Source of the DNA: a virus
IMG/VR virus record: IMGVR_UViG_3300044782_000023
Direction: 5' to 3' (one strand)
DNA length: 64,000 nt
Below the pieces are notes generated by a model, which was given only the letters and a program-made list of their open reading frames with translations, ran no database searches and was not told where the DNA came from. The translations under genes and the position numbers were made by a program. How positions within the stretch are numbered: position 1 is the first letter of the stretch; the number at the start of each line of letters is the position of its first letter. Shown here piece after piece: positions 35,532 through 44,395 of this stretch.

Positions 35532-38200
35532 AGCATCTCCTCGTCCAGTAGCCAGTGGTGAGACGACCCGGCTGGAGCCGGGTCGGTCAGCAGCGCCGCT
35601 TTCAGCGCCGGATGGTAGTCGACGTCGACGCGCATGCCGCCAACATTGCCGTCCACGTCACGGTGGACCCATTCGCCGGGTACGGACGTGGACAGGTTCA
35701 TCAGCACCCCGGCGTAGCGGGGGTCGGTCAAGCCGAGCATGGCCATGGCCTCCAGCGCGGGCTCCGTGCTGGCCATCCGGCCCGCGAATACCGACGCGAT
35801 GAAGTTCTTCAATTCGCCTGAAAGCATCTGCGGGTTGATGCTTTTGACGCCGAGAGCCACATACAGGTTCCACTTGCTGTGGTCGCGTCCCAGCCGGGAG
35901 AACATGCTGCGACCGGGCCCGGAGTCGGTGAGCGACTCCGCTTCGTCGAAGAACACCGCTGCCCGCTGCTCACGCGGCTTGGAGTAGATCAGCCGGTGGG
36001 TGTAGAGCGCGGTCAGGCGCAATACCGCGTCAGCGCCGATTTCCGTCGGGTTCCAATCCCGGCGCGGGGTCCCGTCGGCGGCCCGGACGATGCCCGGCGT
36101 GGTGATCACGGTGAGGGTCTTGCTGTACTGGCCGGGCTCTACCGTCACGCCCCGGGGCGGGAACAGCAGGCGCAGCAGCGGGGCCGTGCTGGCGTCTACC
36201 AGCGCCCCCGCGACCGCGTCGGCGTGTACGTCCTCCAGTGTCACCAGGTTGTCCACCAGGTCCCAGAGGGTGCTGGTGGTTTCCCAGCCGGATCGGTCGG
36301 CGTGACGACGGGCGGCCAAGCGCAGTGTCTCCCGGGTCCGGCCCGACTCCCGGCTCCCATCGGCGACCAGATCTTCGGGTAGGCACCGCAGGGCCATATC
36401 GATGGCCAGGTCACGGCGTTCGGACCGGGCCTGCTCTACAGCGTCAGCCCAGTCACCGGGTTCCGGGTGGTCGGCGCGATGCGGGATACCGATCAGGCCG
36501 GGCGGGCTCAGGATGCCCTTGCGCCCGGTCAGGAGATTGACTTCCTGGGAGACGGCGGCGATCTCTGGCAGGTCGCACAGTTTCGCCAGCGGACCGGACG
36601 GGTCGTTGATGATCGTCATGATGCCCCGGCGTACCAGGTTGTACGCGATCGCTCCGAAGAGGACGGACTTGCCGGACCCGAGAGTGCCGATCATCAGGTG
36701 CATGTTCTGCGCCCGTCCGGTCCGCAGTCCTTCTGTGGCGTAGTGCGGGTCATGCATGACCGGGCGGCGCGAAGCGCCACGGGTGTGCCCAAGGTACGGA
36801 CCACGCGAGTCCCCGACGCTGGCGGTGGCGTTGGCCATCCCAGCCGTCAGGTACGGCAGCCGCAGGCGACGCTGATAGCCGACCCGGTCGAACGGTTCGG
36901 CTATCACGGTCGACTGGAGCATGAAGGATTGGCAGTCGGCACCAGTGAAATCCATCCGCAGACCGCTGGCGCTATACATGTGAGTGAACGAGGCACAGCG
37001 TTCTTCCACGACATCGGCCGCCGACAGGATCATCACGCCGTCGCTGTTGTAGCGGTCCTGGCCGGTGATAATCACGTTGATCTGACCCTGGAAGCGGGTG
37101 GCTTCCAGGGCCTGACCGTTGACAACCTGGTCGCGAGTGTTCAGCGCGACAGCGATGCCGTTGTCGATGACGGCCGGTGGGGTTTCCTTGTGCCAGCCGT
37201 AGTCGCGTTTGATGAACTCCGCCTTCCGCAGTTCCAGTTCGACCTCCGCCTTCATCTCCTCACCGGAGCGGATTCTGCCGACGACGCTCCATTCCACTGG
37301 GAACGGCGCCCCCATAGCGTCCCGGACCGACTCGGCGTGCACCTGCCACGGCGGCAGCCCGTTCTCCGGGTAGTTCAAATCAGCCAGCCGGGCGACCGTT
37401 AGTACGCGAGCCGCTGTCGTCGTCTTCCGGCCGTTGGCCCACGAGGTGACCGCCACAGTGCGTCCGAAAGGGGTCTCCACCCAGCGGATATCGTTGCCGA
37501 GCGCGGGGATTGCCAGTTCGTCCCAGCCGGAACGGGCCTGCACGCCGACCGGCTGCGTTCCTGGAGCCAGCGAGCGCATCCGCAGCCAGCCCTGCTCGAA
37601 CTCGGTCATCGGGCGCGAGCCCGCCCACCCGGACACGACGTCCGACAATCGCTTGACGTCCTCCAGTACCGGCAGCAGTGCCGAATGCGGCGCCCCGCCA
37701 GCCCGGTACGCCTCCAGGTGCTTGCGCAGGTCGAACCGGCTGTTCACCCGGGCGTTCAGGGTGAAGTAGCGGAACACCACCTTGTCGTCCATGCCGGAGC
37801 GAGCGATGACGTCCTGCTGGCGGACCAGGTGCGAGTTCCAGGTCTCGCACCCGCATCGGCCGCGCAGCAGGTCGCCCTTGGGCATCGACAGGTCGCAGGT
37901 GTGCACGTCCGGTGTCGGCGCGGGAGTCCTGGCGTCAAGTTGCGCCGCCCATGACTGGACGGGGTGTGGCCGGGTGGAAACCCGTTCGTGGTAGAACCGC
38001 CCGGCCAGGTTGCTGAAGACGTCAGCGTCCTGGTTCATCCGGGAGATTTTTGCGTCGTTTCCGGTGAAATCCCAGCGGGCAGGGCCGATCCGGTACCCGG
38101 CCCAGATGGTGCCGTCCTTCTGTACGGTCAGGTTCTCGATGATCTCCCGGGCGTTCGGGGCTAGCGGGGGCTGCTTGTGCTTCCACATCAGATCGTCCAC
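35528..38200 (-). CDS. VirB4-like (TcpF/ConE) conjugation ATPase, 890 aa
   Basis: Walker A GTLGSGKS, NDPSG, Walker B VFFDEAE, RDHSKWN...FIASVFAGR; size and context. Confidence 0.82.
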   Translation of the reverse strand: MDDLMWKHKQPPLAPNAREIIENLTVQKDGTIWAGYRIGPARWDFTGNDAKISRMNQDADVFSNLAGRFYHERVSTRPHPVQSWAAQLDARTPAPTPDVHTCDLSMPKGDLLRGRCGCETWNSHLVRQQDVIARSGMDDKVVFRYFTLNARVNSRFDLRKHLEAYRAGGAPHSALLPVLEDVKRLSDVVSGWAGSRPMTEFEQGWLRMRSLAPGTQPVGVQARSGWDELAIPALGNDIRWVETPFGRTVAVTSWANGRKTTTAARVLTVARLADLNYPENGLPPWQVHAESVRDAMGAPFPVEWSVVGRIRSGEEMKAEVELELRKAEFIKRDYGWHKETPPAVIDNGIAVALNTRDQVVNGQALEATRFQGQINVIITGQDRYNSDGVMILSAADVVEERCASFTHMYSASGLRMDFTGADCQSFMLQSTVIAEPFDRVGYQRRLRLPYLTAGMANATASVGDSRGPYLGHTRGASRRPVMHDPHYATEGLRTGRAQNMHLMIGTLGSGKSVLFGAIAYNLVRRGIMTIINDPSGPLAKLCDLPEIAAVSQEVNLLTGRKGILSPPGLIGIPHRADHPEPGDWADAVEQARSERRDLAIDMALRCLPEDLVADGSRESGRTRETLRLAARRHADRSGWETTSTLWDLVDNLVTLEDVHADAVAGALVDASTAPLLRLLFPPRGVTVEPGQYSKTLTVITTPGIVRAADGTPRRDWNPTEIGADAVLRLTALYTHRLIYSKPREQRAAVFFDEAESLTDSGPGRSMFSRLGRDHSKWNLYVALGVKSINPQMLSGELKNFIASVFAGRMASTEPALEAMAMLGLTDPRYAGVLMNLSTSVPGEWVHRDVDGNVGGMRVDVDYHPALKAALLTDPAPAGSSHHWLLDEEML

Positions 38201-38901
38201 TCCACTCGGTATTCGGTGCGGCCGACCCGGAAGCCCTGCGCCGTGCGCTCGATCATCTTGTGCCGTGGTTGCCTCGTCAGGGGGACGAGGCGTTTCTCAA
38301 CGATTGCGCCGGTCAGCGGTTGGGCGATCACTGGAGTTGCGGTCACTGGCGCCGCAGCGGCGGTCAGTGGCTCGGCAGCCACTGGGGTTGCGGTGGAGGT
38401 GAGCATCAGCGGGGCGACGTTCACCTCGATGGCGGGCCTCAGGCGGGGGCCTGAGGCGACCAGGCGAGGCAGGCGCAGCCAGTACCCGAAGGGACGATTC
38501 CAGTCCAGGTACCTGCCCCGACCGCGGACCACAAGGATCGGCAGCGCGAGCGCCGCCAGAAAAGCCACGGGCAGGAACGCCGGACGAATCCAGGTCATCG
38601 GGTTCGCCGAAACGACCAGGCAGACAACGGCCACTAGGGCAGCGATCAGCCTGAACCGCCGTCGGGGGCTGTCGGGGCTGGTCCGTTGGGCGATCGACCG
38701 GCCGCCGACCCAGGTAGCCCAGGCGACGACGATTCCGGCGGGGACAACGAACACCAGGAGGACCATGCCGACCAAAAGGACGGTGAACGCAAGCGCCATC
38801 TCCTCCAGCGTCCAGTCGAACGGGAACCGCATGCCCTTCGGTCCCAGGTAGGGCTTGCGGATCTGCCGCCCCGGGTCGTCGGCGATTTGCCGGGGGCTCA
38901 C
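38188..38901 (-). CDS. TcpE/VirB3-like membrane protein, 237 aa
   Basis: Multiple N-terminal TMs; directly upstream of VirB4. Confidence 0.55.
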   Translation of the reverse strand: MSPRQIADDPGRQIRKPYLGPKGMRFPFDWTLEEMALAFTVLLVGMVLLVFVVPAGIVVAWATWVGGRSIAQRTSPDSPRRRFRLIAALVAVVCLVVSANPMTWIRPAFLPVAFLAALALPILVVRGRGRYLDWNRPFGYWLRLPRLVASGPRLRPAIEVNVAPLMLTSTATPVAAEPLTAAAAPVTATPVIAQPLTGAIVEKRLVPLTRQPRHKMIERTAQGFRVGRTEYRVEWTI

Positions 38902-39011
38902 TTGATCAGCCAGGCGACGATGTCATCGCGGTAGAGGAACAGGTCCAGCGCGCCGAAAAACAGCGCGCTGATGGCCATCAGGGAGAGGACGCGCTCTGTC
39001 AGCGGGCTCAT
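38898..39011 (-). CDS. 37-aa single-TM protein (absent from ORF track)
   Basis: MSPLTERVLSLMAISALFFGALDLFLYRDDIVAWLIK; overlaps neighbours at both ends. Confidence 0.55.
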   Translation of the reverse strand: MSPLTERVLSLMAISALFFGALDLFLYRDDIVAWLIK

Positions 39012-39280
39012 CAGGACAGGATCTTCGTGATGGCTGTGAGCATGGCTGCGCCATACCCGGTGATGACGGCTGCGCCAGCGGCGAGCCCGAGCAGACTCAG
39101 GCAGATCATGGACGCTCCGACCATGCTGGCCGCCTGGCTGTAGTCACCGCGCTGGCCGTGGGTGAGCAGGCCCTTCAGGGTGAGGTAGACCAGCACGACC
39201 AGGCAGCCCAGCAGTAGGAAGCCCTTGGCCCAGATAAGTCCGTTCTCTAGCGCGATATTTGGTTCTGCGAGCAGGTGCAT
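39011..39280 (-). CDS. two-TM pilin/VirB2/TcpD-like protein, 89 aa
   Basis: GAAAGGA RBS; two hydrophobic helices joined by a short loop; first gene of operon. Confidence 0.55.
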   Translation of the reverse strand: MHLLAEPNIALENGLIWAKGFLLLGCLVVLVYLTLKGLLTHGQRGDYSQAASMVGASMICLSLLGLAAGAAVITGYGAAMLTAITKILS

Positions 39281-39317
39281 GACGATTCCTTTCGTGGGTG
39301 ACTATCGATCTGCTAAC

Positions 39318-39347
39318 AGAGTAGCAGACTTGACAACCGCTTGACAA
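39318..39347 (-). promoter_or_regulatory. promoter/operator for the T4SS-like operon
   Basis: TTGTCA-18nt-TACTCT on minus strand, containing AAGCGGTTGTCAA. Confidence 0.65.
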
Positions 39348-39350
39348 CGC

Positions 39351-39395
39351 AAAAAGGCCCGGCCGGTCCAGAGGCGAAATGCCTCCGGCCGGGCC
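39351..39395 (-). terminator. intrinsic terminator insulating the T4SS-like operon
   Basis: GGCCCGGCCGG/CCGGCCGGGCC stem followed by TTTTT on minus strand. Confidence 0.7.
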
Positions 39396-39412
39396 GGGCC
39401 CTGATGGAGCGC

Positions 39413-39613
39413 CTACCAGCGCGGCGACTCGTAATGATCCTGGCTGGTGAGGTGCCAGCCCTGGCACATCCCGCATTCGTAATAGCGGACCGGGGTGGCG
39501 TGCCGAACCTGTCCTGCGGTGGCCTTGATCCGGCTCAACGCCTTCTTGGCTTCATCCGAATCTCGATACCGGACCTTCCTGCTCGGGCAGTCCGCACGGC
39601 GCGAACGCTTCAC
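39413..39613 (-). CDS. small Zn-binding hypothetical protein
   Basis: YYECGMCQGWHLTS motif. Confidence 0.65.
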   Translation of the reverse strand: MKRSRRADCPSRKVRYRDSDEAKKALSRIKATAGQVRHATPVRYYECGMCQGWHLTSQDHYESPRW

Positions 39614-40077
39614 AGCGACTCGTAGTCCGGATCATGCACATGCGGCTCGAACATGTCGGACACCCGGTGCTCGGGCCGGTGCAGCGCCGCGTGTTCCTTC
39701 TCAAGCCCGGCCAGGGACGGGTCGTCGCTCATCTGGGCATGAAAGATCCGCAGGTGCGCGAGCATCGAACCAGGGTCCATGAACGTCACCGGCGTCGCGT
39801 ACGGTTTCGCCTTGTCACGCTTGCCGATCTCGATCCCGCCGAACTTCGTGGCGATCAGTCCTTTCGCCGTCGCCTCGGTGACCCGGGGGTCAGCCTGCGG
39901 TGGGCGGCGGCTGACCAGTTCCACCGTGCCGGTGCGGACGCCCGTCCATGTCTGCGTCGGATGCGACAGCGTGAACACGCGCTTCATGTGGTCTGCGGTG
40001 GTGATCACCCACTCCTTGCCGCCACCGGCAACGACGTCACCGCCATGAACGTCTGACCAGTCCACGGATTCACTCAT
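39610..40077 (-). CDS. hypothetical protein, 155 aa
   Basis: Coupled ORF in leftward operon. Confidence 0.6.
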   Translation of the reverse strand: MSESVDWSDVHGGDVVAGGGKEWVITTADHMKRVFTLSHPTQTWTGVRTGTVELVSRRPPQADPRVTEATAKGLIATKFGGIEIGKRDKAKPYATPVTFMDPGSMLAHLRIFHAQMSDDPSLAGLEKEHAALHRPEHRVSDMFEPHVHDPDYESL

Positions 40078-40252
40078 TGGGCACCGTGTAGCCTTCGTGT
40101 TCGGCGCATTCTACGTGCCACGGCTCGCGGTTGATGAAAACGATCTCATCGCCTCGGTGGACGATATCGCCGTCTGGACCGAAGCAGTTGCCGCTGAAGA
40201 ACGCCTTGAATCTCGCCGACGTCCGGCCGGTGCGCTGTTCTGGCATGGTCAT
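40070..40252 (-). CDS. small hypothetical protein
   Basis: Coupled ORF; C...WHVEC motif. Confidence 0.55.
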   Translation of the reverse strand: MTMPEQRTGRTSARFKAFFSGNCFGPDGDIVHRGDEIVFINREPWHVECAEHEGYTVPNE

Positions 40253-40476
40253 TCCTTTCTGTTGAGTGGCGTCGTGGTGATGACAGCCCGGTGCGGACTG
40301 TCGGTGAAGGATTTCGTGTGTTTCCCGCAGAGGTGCACGGTGTACGCCATGCCGTCTGGTTCGACACAGGCCAGCCGGTACGAGGACTTGTCGTTACAGT
40401 CCGGCACGCGGCAGATCCGGTCCTCCGGCAGTGGTTTCATCCCGCGCTCGCGCCGGGTGGAGCCACCCTTACTCAT
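40249..40476 (-). CDS. small Cys/His-rich protein, 75 aa
   Basis: CRVPDC...LCGKH; overlaps neighbours. Confidence 0.5.
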   Translation of the reverse strand: MSKGGSTRRERGMKPLPEDRICRVPDCNDKSSYRLACVEPDGMAYTVHLCGKHTKSFTDSPHRAVITTTPLNRKE

Positions 40477-40942
40477 TGGCCAGCCGGAGGCCGTAGTTCT
40501 GACCACGCTTAGCGACCATCCATCGGCCGCTGAGGACCGCGCCCCGCTCAGCGCCCGCTCGCCGCAGGACATCCACCAGGTCGGTAACGAATATCGGCCA
40601 CGTCCGTAGGTCTAGCGGAGCGTTGGCCGATTTCAGTATCAAGTACCTCGCAGACCCGCCCGACGCGATCGAATAGATCTGGAAGTCGGCGCGAAAAGGC
40701 ACGTTGTCACGCCATTCCGGCTCCAGGTACACCTGCTTCCAGGAGTCGCGGATCTGCCGCTCGGCCTGCATGAACATACTGCCGATGATCGGCGGATCAA
40801 GCGGCTCCCAGATCTGGCTACGCTCCAGCCGCTCTCCGGTCGCCGTGTCCTCATAGTGGCTGAACGGGTGGTAGTCGCGGGGGAAGTGCAGCAGGGAGCC
40901 GTCCGGGGCATACGGGGCCTTGGAGACGGACGTCTTCTTCAC
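40469..40942 (-). CDS. hypothetical protein, 157 aa
   Basis: GAGGAG RBS region, GTG start. Confidence 0.6.
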   Translation of the reverse strand: MKKTSVSKAPYAPDGSLLHFPRDYHPFSHYEDTATGERLERSQIWEPLDPPIIGSMFMQAERQIRDSWKQVYLEPEWRDNVPFRADFQIYSIASGGSARYLILKSANAPLDLRTWPIFVTDLVDVLRRAGAERGAVLSGRWMVAKRGQNYGLRLANE

Positions 40943-40944
40943 CG

Positions 40945-41169
40945 TCAGATCTCCTCGAACTGGGTATAGATGCCAACGCCGCGCAAGATTTCCAGGTAGT
41001 CGTCGTCGGACACACCGTTCCATCCGGGGTCCCCTGGGTGGAACGTCATCCGCAGGGCGGCGACGGCAACGACTCTGCTCGGGTAGTCGACGGGGACGCG
41101 GAACCTGGACCGACCACCGTGCCGCCGTGCGACTGCACCGGTCATCGAGACGGTCATCCGGACGGCCAT
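40945..41169 (-). CDS. hypothetical protein, 74 aa
   Basis: TGATG coupling to upstream 16-aa leader ORF. Confidence 0.5.
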   Translation of the reverse strand: MAVRMTVSMTGAVARRHGGRSRFRVPVDYPSRVVAVAALRMTFHPGDPGWNGVSDDDYLEILRGVGIYTQFEEI

Positions 41170-41219
41170 CAGGTGCCCACGGTGTTCAGCGAAGCCATGG
41201 ACTGCCGCTTGATCGTCAT
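41169..41219 (-). CDS. 16-aa leader ORF MTIKRQSMASLNTVGT
   Basis: Strong AGGAGG RBS right after the leftward promoter. Confidence 0.4.
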   Translation of the reverse strand: MTIKRQSMASLNTVGT

Positions 41220-41250
41220 AGTGCCTCCTAGTGTGTTGTCGTCGGGATGG

Positions 41251-41292
41251 AATGTACATGGATTGACATGAGGTTGTCAACTGAAGTACAGT
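41251..41292. promoter_or_regulatory. overlapping divergent promoters (switch region)
   Basis: Plus: TTGACA(41263)-18-TACAGT; minus: TTGACA(41280)-18-TACATT; shared TTGACA-N6-TGTCAA palindrome. Confidence 0.75.
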
Positions 41293-41332
41293 CGGAGATG
41301 TCATATCCGAAAATTCCTACCCTGGAGGACGC

Positions 41333-41563
41333 ATGGCCAAGGCCAAGCGATATACGGAGCAGTTCTCTTTCGTGGGGACCTCCACCGCCTACGAACTCCT
41401 GCGCGCCGTCGCAGACCAGTCCTACACCGACAAGGCGCCGGTCGTGCGCGCTGGGATCGACCTGCTGTTCGGCCTGGCCGACGGCGAACTGCGGCCCGGT
41501 GACACGTTCGAAGCCGCGGTCGCGCGGGTGGTCAACCACATACAGCCGGTCGCGGCTCCGTAG
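41333..41563 (+). CDS. ribbon-helix-helix-like DNA-binding protein, 76 aa
   Basis: GGAGG RBS; alternating strand TEQFSFVG then two amphipathic helices; monocistronic. Confidence 0.55.
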   Translation: MAKAKRYTEQFSFVGTSTAYELLRAVADQSYTDKAPVVRAGIDLLFGLADGELRPGDTFEAAVARVVNHIQPVAAP

Positions 41564-41572
41564 ACCCTAGAC

Positions 41573-41607
41573 ACAGCCCCTCACCGATCGGTGAGGGGCT
41601 GTTTTTT
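41573..41607 (+). terminator. intrinsic terminator
   Basis: ACAGCCCCTCACC-GATC-GGTGAGGGGCTGT-TTTTT. Confidence 0.85.
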
Positions 41608-41670
41608 GTCTCGCGACGGCTCAGACCCGGCCAGCAGGCAGCCGTGGACGCACCTGTGCGTGTCGATTTG

Positions 41671-42039
41671 GCTACCCTACGCAGCCAGATCGGCGAAAAA
41701 GGGGCTTTCAAGATCCACATGTAGGGTTATGTAGGGTTTCCTGAAAGTCTCCACACGTACGCACATATGGCATCTATCAGGAAACCCTACATAACCCTAC
41801 ATGTTGATCTTCGTAGCCTCGTTGATCATGATCCGGTGCGCCCTACGCTGGCTGGCTGAGCGTCGTCGCCCGTAGTACTCGTACGGCTACCCTGCGCAGC
41901 CAGATCGGCGAAAAAGGGGCTTTCAAGATCAACATGTAGGGTTATGTAGGGTTTCCTGAAAGTTTCCACACGTACGCACATATGATATCTTTCAGGAAAC
42001 CCTACATAACCCTACATGTTGATCTTCGTAGCCTCGTTG
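41671..42039. repeat. two about 154-bp direct repeats (215-bp period), each with a long inverted repeat; candidate origin
   Basis: Copy 2 has perfect 38-bp arms at 41925-41962 and 41989-42026; ATGTAGGGTT doubled within each arm. Confidence 0.85.
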
Positions 42040-42083
42040 CCCGGTTGCCTGGCCGGGGGGCCAGCATTCATACAAGGAGCCAG

Positions 42084-44384
42084 ATGAGCATCTCGCTGAA
42101 CGCGGCACGTGACGCCGGATTGGCATACGCCAGGCGCGGCTGGCACGTCTTCCCCCTGATTCGTCATGACAAGACCCCGTGGACCCCGAACGGACAGAAC
42201 GATGCGATCACGGACGAAGCCAAGATCCGCTACGCCTTCGGTGACAAGGGCACGGCGAATGTTGGCATCCACTGCCGCCCGAGCGGGCTGTACGTTGTCG
42301 ATGTCGACATGAACCCGTGGAAGGGCAAGGTCGGGAAGGCCACTTGGGACGCCCTGGCAGCCCTACACGGCCATGTGGAGACCTACACGGTCCGAACCTG
42401 GTCGGGTGGCCTGCACTTCTACTACAGCCACCCTGAGGGCTTCCTGGCGAACACCACGGGCGCACTCGGCCCGGACATCGACACCCGGGGCAACGGTTTT
42501 GTCGTGGCAGCGCCGTCCTACATCAGGGAAATCCATGGGGGCGTCGTGCACGAGGGTGTCTATGAGGTCGTCGATGATCGGGAGCCTGCCCCGCTCCCGC
42601 AGTGGATCATTGACGCGCTGCGCAAGCCGGAGCCGCGTACGACGAACGGCCCGCTCGCCAGTGACGGACTGGCTCTAGAGCGGGTACGAGCGCTGGCCGC
42701 AGAACTGGCCGGGTGTGTCTTCGGAGCGAACGCTGCGGCGGCCAGTCTCAGCACTAAGGTCGGGAATTACGTCGGCGCCGGTCAGATCGACGGCGACCAG
42801 GCGACCCAGATCATGGTACGGGCTGTCGAGGACTGGTCGTGGGCCAAGCCGGAAGACCGGACCACGATGCACAACACCATCCGACGGCAGATCGCCTTCG
42901 GTGCACAGCGCCATGACCGGCCCTGGGAGGCCCCTGTGAGCGAACAGACCGGCATCTGGGATAAGTACGCCCAGGTCACTGTTTCTGATCCCTCTGCGAG
43001 CCGTCTGAGCCTCGTGAGTGACAACGCGCTTCCGGTGCCCGCACCCGCCGAGGTCGGGCACGGTCAGTACCGGATGGCCCAGCGGATGCTGCGCGAGCAC
43101 GGCCAGGATCTGCGCTACTCCACGGCCCTGGGCTGGTACTACTACGACGCCATCAGGTGGGCGGCGGACCGCAGCGGCAATGCTGAGCGCAGATCCCACG
43201 AAACGATCGACCTGGCTTACTCCGAGGTCTCCCAGTGCAAGGACCTGGAGGACCGCAAGGCATTCCTGCGAGATATCGCCAAGATTGAATCAGCCAGTGG
43301 GATGTCCGGGATGCTGGAGCACCTGGGGGCGATGCTGCCGGTCGCGGCCGGTGAAGACCCGTTCGACAAGCAGGCGCACCTGTTCAACACGCCCAGTGGG
43401 GTCCTTGACCTGCTGGCCGGGCAGCAGCGCGAACACCGCCGCGAGGATCTGATCTCGAAGGTCGCTGGAAGTGTCGTAGGGACGACTCGCAGCGAGTTGT
43501 TCGATTCTTTCCTACAGCGAATCCTGCCGGACTCGCAGGTGCGTGCGTACGTGCAGCGACTTTTCGGCCAAGCGATGCTGGGTCGGGTTACCGAGCACAT
43601 CCTTCCGATCTTCACAGGAGAGGGGCGCAACGGCAAGGGCACCCTCAGGGACGCCGTGCGATACGCGTTCGGTGACTACGCGTTGGAGGTGGACCCGGAG
43701 ATTCTGATGGAGCAGAAGAACGCACAGCATAAGACCTTCTTGATGGAGTTGATGGGGCGTCGCCTGGTGTTCTGTTCCGAGGGTGACAAGGGGCGGAAAT
43801 TCGCTGAGGCGACAATGAAGCGCCTTGTCGGCGGCGACGAGATCCAGGCGAACCGGATGCATCGTGATCCGATCACCTATTCTCCTAGCCACACGCTGGT
43901 CATGCTGACGAACCATCTTCCTAATGTCTCGGGTGACGATCCCGCGATATGGGCGCGGATTCAGGTGGTCCCATTTGATGTGGTGATCCCACCTAAGGAA
44001 CGGGACGGGAATCTGCCGGAGAGATTGAAGGCTGAGGCTCCGGCAGTTCTGGCCTGGGTATATGAGGGGTGGAAGGAATACCAGAAGCAGGGCTTGAACC
44101 CGCCGGAGGCCGTGAAGGCGAGCACTCAGGCATACCAGGACGAATCAGACTCCATGAGTCGGTTCCTGAAAGAGAACTCGATGGTAAATCGAGGGGAGTC
44201 CATCCAGGCGAGGACTTTCTATGACGTCTACACGAAATGGAGTCAGGCCGAAGGCGAGCATGCCGAAACTGGTGTCGTATTCGCGAAGTCTTTGAAGGCC
44301 CGGGGGATCGATAAGAAGAGGACGGAGAAAGGCGTGAGATACCAGGGCCTGATGCTGGCCGGAGATTATGCTGGAGACTATTGA
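42084..44384 (+). CDS. bifunctional primase-polymerase fused to D5/P4-family SF3 helicase, 766 aa
   Basis: AAGGAG RBS; GWHVFPL, YVVDVD, TWSGGLHFYY, DIDTRG; Walker A GEGRNGKGT, TNHLP. Confidence 0.9.
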   Translation: MSISLNAARDAGLAYARRGWHVFPLIRHDKTPWTPNGQNDAITDEAKIRYAFGDKGTANVGIHCRPSGLYVVDVDMNPWKGKVGKATWDALAALHGHVETYTVRTWSGGLHFYYSHPEGFLANTTGALGPDIDTRGNGFVVAAPSYIREIHGGVVHEGVYEVVDDREPAPLPQWIIDALRKPEPRTTNGPLASDGLALERVRALAAELAGCVFGANAAAASLSTKVGNYVGAGQIDGDQATQIMVRAVEDWSWAKPEDRTTMHNTIRRQIAFGAQRHDRPWEAPVSEQTGIWDKYAQVTVSDPSASRLSLVSDNALPVPAPAEVGHGQYRMAQRMLREHGQDLRYSTALGWYYYDAIRWAADRSGNAERRSHETIDLAYSEVSQCKDLEDRKAFLRDIAKIESASGMSGMLEHLGAMLPVAAGEDPFDKQAHLFNTPSGVLDLLAGQQREHRREDLISKVAGSVVGTTRSELFDSFLQRILPDSQVRAYVQRLFGQAMLGRVTEHILPIFTGEGRNGKGTLRDAVRYAFGDYALEVDPEILMEQKNAQHKTFLMELMGRRLVFCSEGDKGRKFAEATMKRLVGGDEIQANRMHRDPITYSPSHTLVMLTNHLPNVSGDDPAIWARIQVVPFDVVIPPKERDGNLPERLKAEAPAVLAWVYEGWKEYQKQGLNPPEAVKASTQAYQDESDSMSRFLKENSMVNRGESIQARTFYDVYTKWSQAEGEHAETGVVFAKSLKARGIDKKRTEKGVRYQGLMLAGDYAGDY

Positions 44385-44395
44385 GGAGGAAGACC

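Noticed and set aside
41671-42039. Possible CRISPR array or IS/MITE ends
   Set aside because: Repeat units are far too long for CRISPR; no transposase or target-site duplication seen.
41982-42083. N-terminal extension of the primase-helicase
   Set aside because: Lies in the inverted-repeat arm; AAGGAG RBS supports ATG 42084.
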